The position numbers and the translations under genes are program-made. Positions 1 to 43,554 of a stretch of DNA of 64,000 nucleotides are shown here, piece after piece (positions within the stretch are counted from its first letter, which is position 1; each line of letters begins with the position of its first letter). The DNA is from Amoebidium appalachense. Taxonomy: Eukaryota; Protista; Ichthyosporea. The DNA lies in assembly GCA_963693365.1 (NCBI GenBank), contig CAVNZM010000017.1, forward strand, positions 6,438,708 to 6,502,707, read 5' to 3'. Below the pieces are notes generated by a model. It searched no databases, was not told the origin of the DNA, and saw only the letters and a program-made list of their open reading frames with translations.

Positions 1-121
1 AGTATATCCCGGCCGCAATTATCTTTGAGATAGCTCGGGGCAGAGGATATAGTTTTCAGCCTTTGGATATGTCATATTATTCGAACACTGACACATGCAC
101 ACATCTTGGCTACACACACAG

Positions 122-19643
<19,522 letters not shown>

Positions 19644-19750
19644 GTAGACAGAATGCGCGAAATATGTAAAACAAAAAGAAGAGGGGGGGTCTATATGATG
19701 CATGCATGGAATGACTTACGTGCCGATGAAACTACAGTTATGATATGTAA

Positions 19751-20348
<598 letters not shown>

Positions 20349-20913
20349 TTCGAATGTAAGATAAGAAGGACCATCCCCGAACATACAATCTGGAGTGATA
20401 GCTATGTTTATCTAGGCCAATTAAATGCTAAATAATCAACAAAGAAAATGTGTACAGCTTCAACTTGTGTAAACTAACACCCTACGGTTGTAAAAGCAAC
20501 ATACGCCATGCTAGATTTGTGTTACATCACCATTCATTTGGTAGATTTTTACCGCGCTTTTCTTGTACAGAGAATAAAGTTGTTGTTGGCTGTGTGCAGT
20601 GGGAAAGTCATTTTACGTCCTATTGCCGTCATCGTGCATGTATGGCTTCAGCTATATCTAGTGTACGGTGATCCCGTTATATAGATACTGAGTTGTGCTA
20701 CCGTAGTAATTAGTACATCATATATAAGGGTGTACGGAAATGCCCATATTTATAATCTTTAAGGGGGAAAAGATCACGGCTGTCTAGATTCTAATCCAAA
20801 CAGGCAAGAAAGCATCATAATAGGGTGACTGTGTTGCTGCCAGGGGGAAGGAATTCCGGAAGGAAGGGGGAGGGGTCGTGGGGCAGGGCCCGGAGGGGGG
20901 GGGGGGGGGGGGG

Positions 20914-26748
<5,835 letters not shown>

Positions 26749-27152
26749 AAACTTATAAGGGAAAGGGAAAGGGAATATTGCCAACTGATAGAGTAAGAAG
26801 AATATCAAAAAGGGTCCTTCTATAAAAATTCAATCAAAGTTGTACGTTTGTTCAGTTTTCGAGGAGCTCGAGGGAAATGGCCCGTGAAATACAGGGGAAG
26901 CTTCGTTCGGGAAGAGCTAGAAAGGAGAGGGAGATGGGGTTGTGAAGGATGGTTCAGCTGAGCACATAGATAGCACCCTTACTAGTGTACTGTCGGTGCT
27001 GTGTGGTAGACGGTAGTTCCCACGAGGGCCTGCAAAGGTCCTCCGGGAAAAAACGTTATGTAATGAAATTATTAAAAAAGGAAAGAAAAAAAGGGGGGGG
27101 AAGAGGGAAAGGGAGGGAGGGAGGGAGGGAGGGAGGGGGGGGGGGGGGGGGG

Positions 27153-27217
<65 letters not shown>

Positions 27218-28295
27218 AGAGGCGGGGGGGGGGGGGGGTGGTCCTAAGACCCGGGATACTTCTATGTAATCACACACCGTGCAACCAGTAACAAATCATG
27301 AATATTTCAAACACTGTACAGTAAATACATACTGTACAGGTATCTAACTAAGGCAATTTGAAACAAAAAAGATGATCACACTCGATTCATGAGCTCTATT
27401 TAGTCACGTAGTATACATACTACTACGGATTCATCGATCAGAATCTGCTTGAGAGGCGTACAGCTTCCGTGGGCAACTCTACAAACCGAAGCATGCTTAG
27501 ATTTAGATACTCTTGAGATGCAATGTATACTGCGTACTTTGCAGTAAGGGGACATCTGGAAGTTTTCGAAGGGAAGTACAGGACGATCCGGAGAGCTGCC
27601 TCGTCAATATATCACGTGCCTCTCTTCCTCGTCGATTTTTCCTACATAGCTGGCTAGATCTCGAGGGCGTAACAGTCAGAACGTGTGTCAAGACCTACAT
27701 AACAGAGACAGCGTAACGTAAACCTGTACGTGTGTGGCACTGAGTTTTGTTATCAATATTAGCTGCAGGGCAGTACTACTGAGGTTGAACAAATAGCCTA
27801 TCATGCACCCAACAAAGTATGTTAACACAATTTGCTCAGGTGGTGTTATACATGTATGTGTTTTCTATGGACCAACAAACACTCGTCACCCTCCTTTTCT
27901 TCTGCGTTTATATATGACATCGTGTCACTTTCACACGTGCAACGCAGGCACGCACGAGATACTACGCCACATACAGGGTCATTCAGGATTAAGATAATTC
28001 ACCTATAAGAGAAGTAGTGCTAGATTTTTTTTTTAAAAAAAAAAAAAAAAAGATTCTAGGGGCTACCGAGGCTGGGGAAAAATAAGATAACGGGGAGGGG
28101 GGTGGGGGGTGGGGGAGAGGGGGAGGGGGGACGGGGGGGATTCGGAGGGGGACTGTGGCTTCCCTACTCATAATTAGTCTAGCTAGCTAGGCTAGTATTA
28201 TTATTATTAGGCTGTGCACAAGAAAACCCTTTCTGTGCAGCAGATCCTATTTCTTGTCTGATTAGCCTCGTTACCAACCAACAGACCGAAAAAGC

Positions 28296-28380
<85 letters not shown>

Positions 28381-28574
28381 AACCGGCTAAGAAAGAGCGT
28401 AACACTTTACATTAATGGGTCCACGGTGCCCGGACAGGGACTCCCCGGCTCTACCGGGCTATGCACCTTTCTGTGCGAAAATATGTGCATGTTTGTGTGT
28501 ACGTTTGGTTTTTGTGTTCGTTTGTCACTGGGTGTTTGTGTGTGTGTGCCACGGTGTACACGTGTGTGTATCAC

Positions 28575-28605
<31 letters not shown>

Positions 28606-28701
28606 CTGCAGCCGGGCCACGGTGCACGGTGTGTGTGTGTGGCTCCCCTTCCCCGTTAAGAATTCTCCCCCCTCGCCTGTGGGTCCTTTTTTTGCGCAGC
28701 A

Positions 28702-28803
<102 letters not shown>

Positions 28804-29122
28804 GTGCGAAAGTGTGTGCATATGTCTGACGATGTGTACATTTGGATTTTGTGTTCGTTTGTCACTGGGTGTGTGTGTGTGTGTGGTGTGCGCGCGCGCG
28901 CCGCGTGACGTGTGTATATCAATGTGTGTGTGTGTGTACGCGTGTGTGTCCGTGTGACGGTGCAGTGCAGCCACGGTGTGTGTGTGCGTATCCCCCCCCA
29001 CCCCCCCCCCCCCCCCCCCCCCCACCCCCCCTCCCCCTTTCCCCCTTTCCTCCCCCCCCCCCCCCCTCCCCCCCCGTCCTGTGGGTCCTCTTTATGGGCG
29101 GGGAGTTTTTTTTTTTTTTTTT

Positions 29123-29161
<39 letters not shown>

Positions 29162-29192
29162 GCGCTGTGCCAAAATGTGTGTATGTCTGCGG

Positions 29193-29268
29193 GGAGGACG
29201 GGTTGGTGCAATGGTAAGATCTCTGCGTGTCAAGCTCAAAGTCGCAGGATCGATCCTGGTTACTTCCG
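29193..29268 (+). pseudogene. tRNA-like (SINE head) sequence
   Basis: A box TGGTGCAATGG (29204-29214), B box GGATCGATCC (29247-29256) inside a CAGG/CCTG T-stem, GGAGG/CTTCC acceptor-like pairing, possible GTC anticodon. D and anticodon arms are degenerate, so this is not a functional tRNA. Confidence 0.7.
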
Positions 29269-29329
29269 ATTTTTGTTCTGCCTCGACGGTCCACCGGTCT
29301 GGCCGCCCCCTAGAAGTGGGAGACCAATC

Positions 29330-30307
29330 CGAGTCACCGGCCACGGTTCGGGTCAGCGTCCTGGGCATTCGCACTTTTGTCTTCCCGGCATGTGAATATG
29401 GTTTACCCCTTCTCGCCACTTGGATCAAGAAAGAGAGAACTAGAGCGCTTAAACCCTTGGCAAATTTCCTTGAAGCAGAAGTTGCCTCCTTTCTATCTAA
29501 CTTGAACTGTTGTAAACCTGGGCCTGTAACGCTCTCGATATATGGTCTGGTCCCAATAGCTGCTAGAGTATCCCATCTCGCGCTGAAATTCAATAAGCAC
29601 ATAAGCCGCTTAAAGAAGTATTTGCCCTCCCACCCTCTCTTCTCTATCCGACCAGTTCCCTCCTCACCTCTCCCCTCTTTCCTTCCCTCTCTCTCCCCTT
29701 CTCCCCTGGGCACAAATACAAATAAACCCCGCAATAGTGTGTGTGTGACTTTGGACTGCCACTTACTTATTAAACATGTAGACAACCACAAGATAATCAC
29801 GCAATATAACAAATGGAAAAGATACCACACGACACTAGACCCGATGAAAGCATACACCTTGAAAAACTAAGCCTTATGCCTTGTTTTATATATACTGACC
29901 GCCTCAACCATATTGCCAAATATGGCACTCGCAAATGTATAACACCTAAATACATATTAGCTTCCTGTAGAACTGGTCTTTCTCTAGCTGATGGTATTAT
30001 TGATCAATTACCACGCTTTTACTGTACACGTGCTATACAGTGGAGATCTAATAAGTATAAGGTGGCATCATTTGCATGCCCAAACAACACACACACACAC
30101 CAGTTTAACCGGTCATGTATCGCCAAATGTAGTTTGATAGACCACATAATACCGCAACACACACACGTCACATTCACAACAGACACCCAGAAAGATAGCC
30201 TACCTGTAAATTACAACATCCTTGATTTTATACTAAACACGCGTAACTACGACCTGTTTATTAGATGTATTGATTGGCTTGAGAAACACATCACTACAAA
30301 ATTCTAG
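29330..30307 (+). pseudogene. Degenerate C-terminal part of a LINE-type ORF2 (post-RT thumb and C-terminal region)
   Basis: RTFVFPACEYGLPLL...TLSIYGLVPIAARVSHLALKF resembles the 'Y..F+RP.LEYG' and 'GL.P+..R...L' motifs downstream of non-LTR RT domains. It continues after a frameshift in ORF 29813-30307; no YADD core is present. Confidence 0.65.
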
Positions 30308-30333
30308 CGCACGCGCACACACAAACACACACT

Positions 30334-30440
<107 letters not shown>

Positions 30441-31134
30441 CCAGCTGATACCGAGTGTCCCAGGGGAGCCCCTTTAAAAAAAAAAAAAAAAAAAAAGGGG
30501 AACCCCAACTAATTGATTTCTCCTTGTAGTCTTTATGGTGTCTCGTAGAGAAAGTAAACCCTGATATATAGTCATCACCCGACATCTATGTACGTGATCA
30601 TGATATACCGCTGAGGGGATATTCCGAGCAAAACCCCCCCCATACCTGAGACTGGTTTCTCTTTGCCTCGAGTAAACAGCGTAAACCCCCATGGGGTCTT
30701 CCCCTTTCAAGTCTTTATGTTTGTGAATGTGTCCCGGGTCGCTCCCGGCTGGTGTTGTTAAAGTGAGCTGTGCTCACTTCCCCACTAGCGTTGCTGGGCT
30801 AGAACCGTGGGATAAGGCGTACCTAAAAATAGTGCCAGTTGGGGTCAATTAGAATCCTGACTTATGAGTGTGCTATACAGTACGATCTGTGTCTAGGCGG
30901 AAGACGGTAAGCTCCCCTGAGGCAGTGCCTCGCCGGGAGTGAAACGTGATAAAATAAAAATAAAGAAAATAAAAAATAAAAAATGTGTATCAATATGTCT
31001 GCGTGTTCATTTGGATTATGTGCTCGTTTGCCACTAGGTGTGTTTGCGTGTGTGGTGTGTGTGTGCACGTGTGTATCACAATGTGGGTGTGGTGTCTAGG
31101 TGTCTCCGTGTCACGGTGCACGGTGTGTGGGTGT

Positions 31135-31180
<46 letters not shown>

Positions 31181-31186
<6 letters not shown>

Positions 31187-31241
31187 CCTGCAGGTCCACC
31201 CCGACCGGTCCTGCGGGTCCTTCTTCTGGGCTGCGGGAGTT

Positions 31242-31310
<69 letters not shown>

Positions 31311-31365
31311 CCGCAGCCCAGAAGAAGGACCCGCAGGACCGGTCGGGGTGGACCTGCAGGACCGG

Positions 31366-31366
<1 letters not shown>
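31181..31366. repeat. Perfect ~60 bp inverted repeat separated by poly-C/poly-A
   Basis: cccggtcctgcaggtccacc...gctgcgggagtt (31181-31242) and its exact reverse complement (31305-31366). Confidence 0.9.
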
Positions 31367-31401
<35 letters not shown>

Positions 31402-33248
31402 CGCAAGAGTAATGAACCAATGATTAGCTGAGAAACCTTTTTTTTGGCCCGGTCACTAAACCCTAATTATGACGTCCGCCGACTGGCCGAGGCTCCTGTA
31501 CGGTACGGATCCCCCAACACTTCTAAGCGCTCCCGGGAATTTTAGACCCCGTTTGCATGTGTGTTTTCTTTTGACTGGATTTATTCGACGGAAAGATATG
31601 CAAGAATGCACGGCATACTGAGAAGACAATAAAAAAATTCACGAGTTATCCAGTAACAAGTGCATACTGAGATACCTGAACACTGTGTGAAAATCATATA
31701 AATACTCAATGTGACGACCAACAGAATTCAACAAAAAGTCTAAAGTGGTCACATTGCCAGCCAGTGTAGCAGACACTCGTAGGGAAATTTAAGAGGTAAA
31801 ACACGACAAAATTACAACGCCTCTGCACAACTTCCCAGGCAATATCAACATCAGAGCACCATACAGACTTACCTACTAGGGTGGTATCCATACGTACAGC
31901 AGGAGCGTAACAGTTTGTAGCTAGTAACTACGGAAAATGGAGCCTCGTTATACGAAAATATCCATATTTGGTGTGAATTTAATAATTTTTACTATATGTA
32001 GAACTACATGCAGTCCTATATCTGTAACGGAATTTTACGTGCCAAAAGGTCGAAACTGGAAAATCGTAAATCCCTTATACACATGCGACTCGCCCCACAC
32101 ATATGAGTTGTGGGGGATCCACCGGACGGTTACTCCATCCAATCGATTGAAAGGGGCGACTTGACGTCACACAGATCTGGATAGATCTGGACGTTTCCTT
32201 CCAATTTCATGTACATAATAATTAGGGCTTTTTATCCAACTTCACAATATAGAATATTATCACCCAAGGGCCATGTTAATATAATCTTGAACAGCAAAAC
32301 TAAGCTGTTGCTCGTTGCCACTACTACTATTACTACCAGATTTCATTTTGTACATACACAAGAATCCACCTGAGACTTTTGTGGTGACGTCAGCACTTGC
32401 ACGAGGCGCGGCTCGCGCATGCCTCGCCGCCCCGGCCCTTTGAAATTTGGAATATAATTTTGCTTGCATCTTTTGTTAAATAACATGCGCTATACAAATA
32501 TGTGAATAATAAGCCTCGAAAACGGTGTAGATATAAGTTCTCCAGAAGCCAGAAGAGCTTTAGAAGGCACACTTGCAAGCTACACTTGCACCCGGGTGGC
32601 CGGGATTGGAGGTTGTGTGAGAGATAAAAACGATTGGTCCATTCCGCACCGTGCTGAACCCTCTAAACTCACAAGTGGGCCGTATAGCGAAGTAGGTTGA
32701 ATTTACGATGTTAGTTAATGTAAAAAAGCCGAATCTACTTTATATACAGGTATAATAATACATCTTTAGAAAAATATAAATACTAAGTTATTTATATAAA
32801 TATATAATTTGTGCAATATAAAAATATGTCTGCAATATCATATATCTAATATCATAAATCTGAAACGTTTTTAAACCTCCGCATCAAGAAAGTTTAGGAG
32901 AGTCTAGAAGGAGATTAGGTTCGCCAATCGTCACTGGAGCTTTGGAACCATGGACCCAATCAAACGACGCTATGGCACAACATATTCTATGTAGTTTTCG
33001 AAAACATACGTCACGCAACTAGCCGGAGTTTCGCAGGAAACAAGGTTATATATCCATGAAACACGCACACCTGAGGCTCACAAAAGCACACAAGCACCCG
33101 CGTATATGCCTTCTACCACACCCAACACTAGAAACCAAAAAAAAAATCGATACATTGTTTGAAACGAGAAAGACAATAGCGTCGTTTTGCGTTGTGTTTG
33201 CTTGTAGACACACGGACCTCTATAGCTCCGTTTTGAGTTCTAGTTAGG

Positions 33249-36528
<3,280 letters not shown>

Positions 36529-36773
36529 TAATAGCGGCCAATCATGATGGCGAGTTATAATTTGCGACCAATTGTGATAGTTTCACTCATTGCAGGCGCA
36601 AGGGTAGTGTGCATGTTCCGTGGATGTTACCGTGACACTAGAATTTTTTTCTAGGCCTTTCTCGAACTTGGATATTTATTTCCTTTTTTGGTCGTCTGAC
36701 TGCTCTAGTGCCCCATCTTGCAGGCGCAAAGTGTGGGTGGACAGGGGCAGACGTACTCTGTGGCATGTGCGTG

Positions 36774-36831
<58 letters not shown>

Positions 36832-37138
36832 CTTTCTTTCTTTCTTTCTTTCTTTCTTTTTTTTTTTGGGGGGGGGGGGGGAGAAGAGAGAGGGCGAGGG
36901 AGAGAGGGGGAGGGGGGGGATGGTTGGGTTTACCAAACACCAACTATGAGTTTGAACTTTGTGAACTCCTTCATTTACTGCTCTGTATAGTATTTACTGC
37001 TCTGTATAGTACTGTGATACGCTTGTACATGCACATTCAATTTGGATCGTGAGATGTCGCTGATGTAGTTTTCGACTGCACCTGTTGTGACACGTGTATA
37101 TATGTACGGGCCGTTAAAAGTTACAGATATTTTTTTTT

Positions 37139-37330
37139 TTGGAAAAATATCCAATTTCCTGTCTTTCTTTTCAGAATGTAGTTATCTTTTTCTGACCGCA
37201 TCTGTTGTGACATGTTTAAAAGTTACATATATATATATATATATACATATATTTTGGAAACATATCCAATTTCCTGTCTTTCTTTTCAGAATGTAGGTAT
37301 CTTTTTCTGACCGCATCTGTTGTGACATGT
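37139..37330. repeat. Direct duplication of ~77 bp downstream of the GATA gene
   Basis: ttggaaa.atatccaatttcctgtctttcttttcagaatgtag.tatctttttctgaccgcatctgttgtgacatgt at ~37139 and ~37254. Confidence 0.85.
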
Positions 37331-37815
37331 ACATAAATGCATATCCCGTCACAGTAAGTGTTACGAATACTTTCCTTTTCTCAGAAAAATAAGCTAATTC
37401 CCGTTTTTTTTTTTCTCTCTTTCCCCCCCCCCCCCTTGTAGCCTAATATGGCGTTGCGTGTCTTAGCAATTGCATCATTACTTGATGCAATTGCTAACTT
37501 TGGTTTAATCACACTGTTGTAAGCCATGTAGTACCGCGTATTGTATACGCGAGGCCTACTTAGGCAGCAATAACGAGCATGAAAAAATTTGTTAATGTAA
37601 AGTAAAGTTGAAGGCACTCCATACGACCTGTTCAAGTGCCCCCCCCCCCCCCCCCCCCCCCCAACACAAGCTGCCCCCCCTCCTCTCCCCCCCCCCCCAC
37701 AAGCTGCCCCCCTCCCCACCCCCTTTCTCCCCCCCCCCCCCCCCCCCTCCAACACACACACACACACATGCACACACACACATGCACACACACACACACA
37801 CGCACACACACACAC

Positions 37816-37848
<33 letters not shown>

Positions 37849-38403
37849 TGCACAAATGCACACAGACAACGGCACGTGCACCCACTCACCCACCTCCTCT
37901 CTCTCTCCCGACTCCCTGTCCTAGGCTTGGTGTCAAACTTTTGCCAAAAAGGAAATTCATTCTATGACTGGGTTGTCGCAGGCACGTGCATGTCTATAAT
38001 AAAACAATCAAAAGAGTAGGAATATATAATAAAACAATCAAAAAAGTAGGAATATATAATAAAAGAATAAAAAATTTGAATGTAGGCCTAAGGAATGTGT
38101 GACCAATGTACATGTCATGTACATCCCAACTATTGTATTCCGTCGTTTCCTCCGTTTCTGAAGGTATGTGTGTGTGTGTGTCCCAGAGCCAACACGTGCA
38201 AGTGCGTAACACGTGTGTATCACAGTGGTCCAGGTGTACTTCGGGGACTTGACTCAATGAGAAAGAGCGGTGAAGGGGGAGGGGGGAGGGGGGGGGGGGG
38301 GGAGGGGGGAGGGAGGGAGAGGGGTAATCTTATGATGAATGGGTGTCGTGGGTGTGGGTTGGTGTTGGTGGTGGCGGTGGTTGTGGTTAATTTGGGGGAA
38401 GAT

Positions 38404-38442
<39 letters not shown>

Positions 38443-39333
38443 GGGGGATGATGTGGAGATACATAAACATGATGAATGAGATATATTGGGGCTCGGCAGG
38501 TTGGTTTTCCGAACATGAAGCCACATTTATTATCACTCTCTACACGAAGGAGAATTCAATCCTAGCCTTGAATATAAGGAACAACACGTTCTTATCAAGA
38601 TAACATCTACCAAACATGGAATTGCATACCCAAAAAAGGCAACATCAGCAGCTCTTAAAGATAACATAAACAACTGTTGTCCAAATAACGGATATTTGGT
38701 AAGAAAAACCGAGGAAAAAAAACCGAAAATCCGACACCAAGATTGATAGAGAAATTGTGTGGAATGATAACTGTCATATTATAAACCGTTTGAAACCTAC
38801 TCACACATACACCCTCGCTCCAACCAGTAGGGGAAGCGCCATCACACACAGCTCTATGTTCCAAACTGCACATATCCATACGCCGACTAGAATGTTATCA
38901 AAAAAAAAAAATCGACCCATCCACATCACAAAAACTGTCACCACAGAAAGACAGTTAAGTCGACAACTTAGTGTGCTAACAAATATACAGGACTTTGTAC
39001 CAACTATGTGGTAGCAGACATAGAAACACATACACACACTCACACAGACACATGCACACATCACCGAAACAACGAAACATGACGTTGAATGGACCGGTAG
39101 GGTTGGGAACAAGTGATGGAAAATGTGGTGGAAGAGAGAGACAGGGAGGCAGAGAAAGGAAGGGAAAGGGGGAGGCGAGTTAGGAAGTGAGGGGGAGGGG
39201 GAACAAGCAAATGGTATAGGGAGACAAAGTTGGGGTGGGTGGGTGGGTGGGTGGGTGGGTGGGGGGGGGGGGGGGGGGGGGGGGGGGGTGCGGAGGTGGT
39301 GGAGAGGGGAAAGAGAGAGATGGAGGGATGGGG

Positions 39334-39419
39334 TTAGCGCCGCCTTGGGGGCGAGCGACTGTCACGGGAATACCGACGAGGGGGGCTGCGGGAATAGGAC
39401 CTACGGCGGGGAGAACGGG

Positions 39420-39476
<57 letters not shown>

Positions 39477-39528
39477 TGTGTGTGTGGGCATGTGTGCATG
39501 TGAGCGCAACCACACAGTGGTGTGTCTG

Positions 39529-39564
<36 letters not shown>

Positions 39565-39723
39565 GTGTGTGGGCATGTGTGTGTGTGCAGGCATTCGCCT
39601 GCTTGCTCGTCCATGAACGAGCACAGCATAAGCAACAGCTGCCCCCCCTCCCCCCCCCCCCCCCCCCCTTCCCTCCCACACACACACCCTCATCCACCCA
39701 TCCCCCCCCCCCCCCCCCTCCCC

Positions 39724-39759
<36 letters not shown>

Positions 39760-42700
39760 CTACCCCTTCGACCCCAAGCCAGAAGACAAGCATCCCACCC
39801 CACAGACCCAACAATACCCGAAACAACAACAACATAACATCCCATATTGCGACTATGCACAGCTATCCATTCCGATATCATATCAGGCCGATGCTAGCGG
39901 GTAAAGAGATGAGTAAAAGGGGCAAAAGAGGTGTGTGTGTGAAATGGGTTGTGGGGGCCCGAGGGCAGAAGGGTGAGCAGACGGTGAGAGGGAAAGGGGA
40001 GAAGGGAGAAAGGGAGGGAGGGAGGGAGGGAGGGAGGGAGGGAGGGAGGGAGGGAGGGATAGAGGGGCAGGAGAAGAAAGAAAAGAAATAAAGAAAAACG
40101 AAAAACGAAATACGAAATACAAAAAAGAAAGAACCACAAAGAAAAAGCCCACTACTCACGCCCCCGCTCCCACTTCCCACCCTATCACGAACACACACCA
40201 ACCTTCCTCCTGCCCCCCCTCCTCTCCCCCCCCCCCCCCCCCCCTTCGGCGCCCTCCCCTCCCCCCACCAACACACAACCAAACCTTCTCCTAGCCGGGC
40301 TTCTTGAGCGGGATCTACCCCCCCTCGATCTCTCGGAATCTCTCCGTTTCCCAGGAGATCTACTCCTAGATCTGCGCCTGGGCGGGCTCCGCGAATCACG
40401 CGATCGACGACGCGAATAGGGTGATCGCGATCCAGATCTCGATTTCCGTCGAGGTGGGGATCTGGAAAGGGATCTAGATATTGATTTCCGTCTGGGTGGG
40501 GATCTAGATCGCGATCGGGAAATAGATCGGCGACGCGCAGGGGGAGGGGAACGCGAGCGCGACACATCCTTTCCCTTCTCTCTTTCCTCTTTCCCCTCAA
40601 TTTTCTCTGTTTTCGTTTCAGTTTTCGTTTCAGTTTCATCGTCCGACAGTTTGTATTTGGACACGTCCACATCACTCTCTTCTTCCTCCTCTTCCATTCC
40701 CAAATCATACTTAGACAAATCCGCATCATCCCCACTTTCCTCCTCCTCCTCCTCTTCCTCTCGTTCCACAACTTTCTTTTCCACTTTCACGCTCTTCTCC
40801 TCCCTTCCGCTCGAATCACTCACCGTCCCCCCTGCGCTTTTCTTCTTCTTTCTTCTCCCCCACTCATCAAATTCATCATCTGACTCTTCCCTCCGCACAT
40901 ATTCCACCCCTGCTCTCTCGTTGAATCCTCCTCCGAGTCCCGTGCGTGCTTCTACTTTTGCATCTCGCTTGTGCCCGCACATGTTGCAGTCCGACCTCCT
41001 GGCCCAGTTGATGTTGCCGCATCTGTAATACGTGCACACACGTGAGAAAAAGGGAGGTAATACATGCACACACGTGAGAAAAAGAGGTAATACATGCGTG
41101 CACGTGAGAAAACGGGAAAGGAAATACATGCACACACGTGAGAAAAAGGGAGGTAATACATGCACACACGTGAGAAAAAGAGATCTAATACATGCATGCG
41201 TGAGAAAAAGGGAAAAGGGAGGAAAAAAGGGGTAAACAGCATGCTGCAAAAGTGGTGTTTCTAGACTTGACAGACAGGAACTACGTACGGGATGAAAAAA
41301 TGACGAGCAAGAAAGGTGCGGGGCGATGGTAGAGACGGAGATAGACCAGCCGGGGGAGGGGAGGGGTGGGGTGGGGGGATAGGGGTTGAGGGAGCGAGTC
41401 TCATGAGAGGGATGGGAGGAGGGGAGGCGTAAGGGTGAGGCGGCGGGGATGGGTGGGTTGGGGGGGGGGGGGGGGGGGGGGGAGGGGGAGGAGGGGGCTG
41501 TTGCACCGGCAGCTTGCAGGAAGGATAAGGAAAATGAAAGCCCCCACAATGGCAAACTTGCATACACAAGACAAATATCGTTCCCTCACTCTCTTTCTCT
41601 GCCTCCTATTCCCTGCCCCCCCCTCCCCCCCCCCCCCCCCACACACACACACCTCCTCCCCCAGCTTCCACACACGCACACAACCACCCCTCTCCTCCAA
41701 CCCTATGATTCCGGTTTCGTTTTTATACACCCCCACTACAACTACACGTTACGGTGTACCCCACTGCAGCAAAAATACATACCCCCCCCCCCCCCCCCAC
41801 CGCCTCTCCCACCCCCCCTCTCCAAAAAAACCCCGCCTTGCAACCATCAACACACCCTGTTCTTAGCGAGATGCATTCCCAACTCTGCTCCCCCCCCCCC
41901 CCTCCTTGGGATGTCCCACCACATACTCATCTCACTCCCGCATGTTCTCACTCTTCCTTCTCCCCCCCCCCCCCCCCCCTTCCCCACCAGACACATCTAA
42001 CTGCCTCTCCGTCCCCCCCCCCTCCCCCTCCTCACTCAAACCCCCCCCCCAAAAAAAACACACACACACACACACAAAATGTATACCTCCTCTTCCCTCC
42101 CCCACAAACACAACGATACATACCCCTCTTCCCTCCTTTACAAGCACCAATACCCCCCCCCCCCCCCCCCCCCCACCACCCCTCACGGAGGATCCATTCC
42201 ATACTCATCTCACTCCTATCTCTTCTCACTCTTTCATTCCCTCCCCCCTTACCCCACCCCTCCCTCCCAAACACATACACACATACACACCTCCCCCCCG
42301 CCCCAAAATACAAATATCCCCCCCTCCCCCCGCCTCACACACAAGCACCCACTTTGGGCACTGCCAGTCTGCCGCACTAAACAGCCCTTTGCTCTTCTCC
42401 GCTATTTCCTTTCCGATCGTGTTTGCATCAGAAGCCACCGTTTTCGCATCTTTCGGCTTGGCGGCTTTGCATTTGTTGCAGTGTGTGCGCCGAGGAAAGT
42501 TGACATTGGCACAGCTGTGTGGTAAGAAGTGTCAGGAACAGGCCAAGTTAATTAAATAACACCAATGGATAAATGGAGAGGGAATGAGAAAGATGATGTT
42601 TTGTCAACTTCGCTACCCCCCCCCCCCCTCCCAGCCCCCCCCCCCCCCCCCCCCGAGGGGATATTTTTTGGAGATTTCCCTCCTGCAGCCAAGGGCAACC

Positions 42701-42785
42701 CTCCAACCCCATTTCTGTTCCTGTTTTCGCCCATGCAAAAGCGATCGCATGCACATGTGTGGCGTGGCTGCGCATGCGCGGAGGC

Positions 42786-42846
<61 letters not shown>

Positions 42847-43554
42847 GCACACACAACGCACACGCACGCGCTCGCGCACACACACACACACACCAGACAG
42901 AGACATACAGACAAGAGAATACACACACAGCCACTGTTCTCCTTAACTCCCCTGACCACCACACACAGAAAGACTCTGTTTCGAAGTTCCCCGTCTCTTT
43001 CCACTCCTGTCCGCCCCAAACACACACTCTGTCTCCAACCCCCCCCCCCCCCCCCCCCCCCACTTCTCTCTCTCCCCCTCCGCCCCTCCCCCCTCCCCCC
43101 CTTCTCTCCCTGCACCTCTTCCCCCCCCCCCCCCCCCCCCCCCCCCTCCCTCTCCCTCTCCCCTATCTCACCCACCAACCTGTTAGCTTCCCAAGAGACC
43201 CCAGTGTGTGAGCAAGTGTAAGCTGAATCTCCAAAAGTTAAAGTAACTCTTGTGATGAACTGCTAACAGCGTATAGAAAAATCATGACAAACGAAGAAAA
43301 GCAACGAAACTCGGAGGAGGAAACGGACAGTAAAGTGCCAGGAGGAAGCGTGAGCCAAATAGAGTGGAGAGAAGAAGGAGGAGGGAGATGCGGGGCAGAA
43401 AGATAAAGAGTGGGGGGGGGGGGGAGGGAGGGGAGGGGAAATAGAAAAGGGTGGGGGGGGGGGGGGGGAGGCAGGCAGGGGAGGAGGGGGGAATCACTCA
43501 CTCAACCTCTGGGCAGATCCAGGAGCCTGGCTCTGCGGGTGGCCGGCCGGCCAT
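39334..43554 (-). CDS. ZRANB2: ZRANB2-like RanBP2 zinc-finger / RS-domain splicing factor
   Basis: Exons (minus) 43554-43502, 42514-42353, 41022-40285, 39421-39334, all junctions phase 2. Product: WICPEVDCANVNFPRRTHCNKC...IGKEIAEKSKGLFSAADWQCPKCGNINWARRSDCNMC...RTGLGGGFNER...EESDDEFDEWGRRKKK plus RS tail; closely follows ZRANB2. Confidence 0.93.
41027..41210. repeat. ~30 bp minisatellite abutting the ZRANB2 exon 3 acceptor
   Basis: taatacatgcacacacgtgagaaaaagggagg-like unit, about 6 copies. Confidence 0.9.

Noticed and set aside
27503-27716. Short non-repetitive ORFs near the GTT array
   Set aside because: No recognisable motif or convincing splice chain; could be decayed transposon sequence.
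29193-29268. Functional tRNA gene
   Set aside because: D and anticodon arms do not pair well and the sequence sits at the 5' end of a TSD-flanked insertion.
30912-30946. ctgagg...gaaac as a hammerhead ribozyme
   Set aside because: No CUGANGA (reads CUGAGGC) and no stem I/III with NUH; better explained as a terminal hairpin.
31706-32578. Short ORFs upstream of the GATA gene
   Set aside because: 60-75 aa, no recognisable domains; likely intergenic or promoter sequence.
40159-40181. Extra ZRANB2 micro-exon (minus, gatag|...|gtgagt)
   Set aside because: Its length does not preserve the phase needed for the final RS exon; no other support.
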